From Magnetospiraceae bacterium (lineage in GTDB: Bacteria; Pseudomonadota; Alphaproteobacteria; Rhodospirillales; JBMYUJ01): a stretch of DNA of 64,000 nt. The stretch lies in the NCBI GenBank assembly GCA_049605255.1, contig JBMYUJ010000006.1:7608-71607 (forward strand), given 5' to 3'. The notes below the pieces were generated by a model, which saw only the letters and a program-made list of their open reading frames with translations, had not been told where the DNA came from and searched no databases. Shown here one piece after another: positions 62,881 to 64,000 of this stretch. The position numbers were made by a program, and so were the translations under genes. The first letter of the stretch is position 1; each line of letters begins with the position of its first letter.

Positions 62881-64000
62881 TCAGTTTTCGGGTTCATCGA
62901 ACATGCCCAGGTCCAACAGATCATAGAGTTTCGCCGAACCCGGCTGATTCAGATGGTCGTCGTCCAGGTATAGCGGCACGCCGTCAATTTGCCCGTCGCA
63001 GCGGCCGTTTCGGCACAGGGCGCGGCTCGGCAGCCGGGCAAACACGCCGGGATCGGCGGCGGCGATCTGCAAAATGAGGTGATTGGACGCCGCCAGATGG
63101 GCCTCCACCGCGCGGGCATCCTCACCGCAGGCCCGTTGGTCCGTGCCCCGCCACAAGGCGCGGGCGAGGCAGGTGTTCGGCGCGGCGGGGAAGGGCGGCG
63201 CCTGGCCCAAAATCAAAACCTCCGCCCCTCTCGCCCGCAATTTCTTCACCGTTGCGGCCATGCCCCGTGCCAACACCCGGCGGGAGGCGGCACGGCCCGG
63301 CACGGGATCCTCGGAATCGGCGAGGAACGACGGCTCCCGGTTGACTCCAGCAAGGGTATTGCCCTCGGTATATAGCGCCCAGCGCCCGGCAAGGATGATC
63401 AGCTTCAGGTTTGGATTGGCCGCCATAAAGTCATCCATGGCGCGGCGCAGATGGCCACAATACCCCACCCCATGCGGGGTATGGTGGGTCACGCCCCAGA
63501 GCGGTAGGCAGGCATCCGAGGTCACCTGCCGCCCCGACAGCCCCCGGGCGTCAGCCAACCGGGCGGCGGTGGCGGAAAAATGATCCCCATGGGAATCCCC
63601 GAACAGCACCATGTCGTATCCGCCCGGCCCACGCGCCGCGCCAAAGCCGCAAGCCGCATCATTGACCAATGCCAGGTTGGAACCATGGCAGGCGGTCCGA
63701 AAGCGGGGAATTACCGCGCTCTGGCGCTCGAAAGCCACCACCGATGGCGGCACCCGGAAGGCCCAACCGTCCCCGAAATGCGCCGAGAGGCCGAGGCCGC
63801 CGACACAGAGGATCGCCACCGCCGCCAGCCGCACCACCCGGCCATCGCGAAACCGCTGCCGGTCGAGACGGCGGATGGGCTGTTCGATAAAGCGCCACGA
63901 AAACGCGGAGACCGCCATGGCGGCGAGGGCGAGGACCAGTTGCTCCCCGCCGCTCAGCACCGGGCCGGTCCATTCCCGGTAGAACACGATCATCGGCCAA
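62881..64000 (-). CDS. Acyltransferase-3 family protein with C-terminal SGNH domain (3' part; gene continues beyond the window)
   Basis: Frame stays open to nt 64000. The last TM helix (LVLALAAMAVSAFSWRFIEQPIR) is followed by an SGNH-like extracytoplasmic domain (VLFGDSHGDH...ILGQAP...DDDHLN). Confidence 0.7.
   Translation of the reverse strand, partial: WPMIVFYREWTGPVLSGGEQLVLALAAMAVSAFSWRFIEQPIRRLDRQRFRDGRVVRLAAVAILCVGGLGLSAHFGDGWAFRVPPSVVAFERQSAVIPRFRTACHGSNLALVNDAACGFGAARGPGGYDMVLFGDSHGDHFSATAARLADARGLSGRQVTSDACLPLWGVTHHTPHGVGYCGHLRRAMDDFMAANPNLKLIILAGRWALYTEGNTLAGVNREPSFLADSEDPVPGRAASRRVLARGMAATVKKLRARGAEVLILGQAPPFPAAPNTCLARALWRGTDQRACGEDARAVEAHLAASNHLILQIAAADPGVFARLPSRALCRNGRCDGQIDGVPLYLDDDHLNQPGSAKLYDLLDLGMFDEPEN

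Noticed and set aside
1-64000. Search for tRNA, rRNA, tmRNA, IS elements, integrases, phage genes, toxin-antitoxin pairs and known defence genes
   Set aside because: I found no T-loop-like GGTTCGAATCC motifs outside coding context and no rRNA-like stretches. No transposase, integrase, recombinase or reverse-transcriptase motifs appear in any frame. Apart from short intergenic AT-rich spacers, composition is uniform, so nothing suggests a horizontally acquired island.

Overview
High-GC (roughly 63-65%), gene-dense chromosomal segment. Gene content and synteny look alphaproteobacterial, possibly Rhodospirillales-like: hrcA-grpE next to rph-rdgB-hemW, rsmI-yraN-BON-gshB, thrS-infC, and tesA divergent from ybbA-ybbP. 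I call 65 protein-coding genes, two of them cut by the window edges. I found no rRNA, tRNA, CRISPR array, transposase, integrase or phage gene, so this reads as core genome rather than an island. Many long ORFs in the track are antisense shadows of real genes, as expected at this GC content, and were discarded.

The largest functional block is a cobalamin cluster of the early-cobalt-insertion type at 28.5-39.8 kb: cobQ-cbiD-cobK on the + strand, a seven-gene chain cbiX-cobH-cobL-cobI-cbiG/cobJ-X-cobM on the - strand, and cbiB divergent from it. Other blocks:
- A six-gene translationally coupled operon at 2.1-6.2 kb (LMW-PTP, fructosamine-kinase-like, TPR, unknown, HAD, pyrF).
- A CHASE2 nucleotide cyclase coupled to a secreted partner.
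- An envelope cluster with an exported caspase-fold protease, a secreted 4x EF-hand protein, a lipoprotein and a Cys-less TlpA-like protein (14-18.7 kb).
- A CheB-CheR-PAS protein followed in the same frame by a PAS histidine kinase.
- A TerB/XpaC-like fusion protein.

Observations most worth a second look:
1. The exported caspase with its Ca2+-binding neighbours.
2. An RcnB/CigR-like secreted protein embedded in the cob operon, with 4-nt overlaps at both ends.
3. Non-canonical starts forced by sequence conservation: CTG for cobM and hemW, ATA for infC.
4. A single in-frame TAG separating the CheBR-PAS protein from the kinase.
5. A small family of GC-rich REP-like hairpins in convergent gene gaps.
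6. A B12-box-like motif over the ribosome-binding site of the gene just upstream of cobQ.

All family assignments come from motif recognition by eye. No database search was run.
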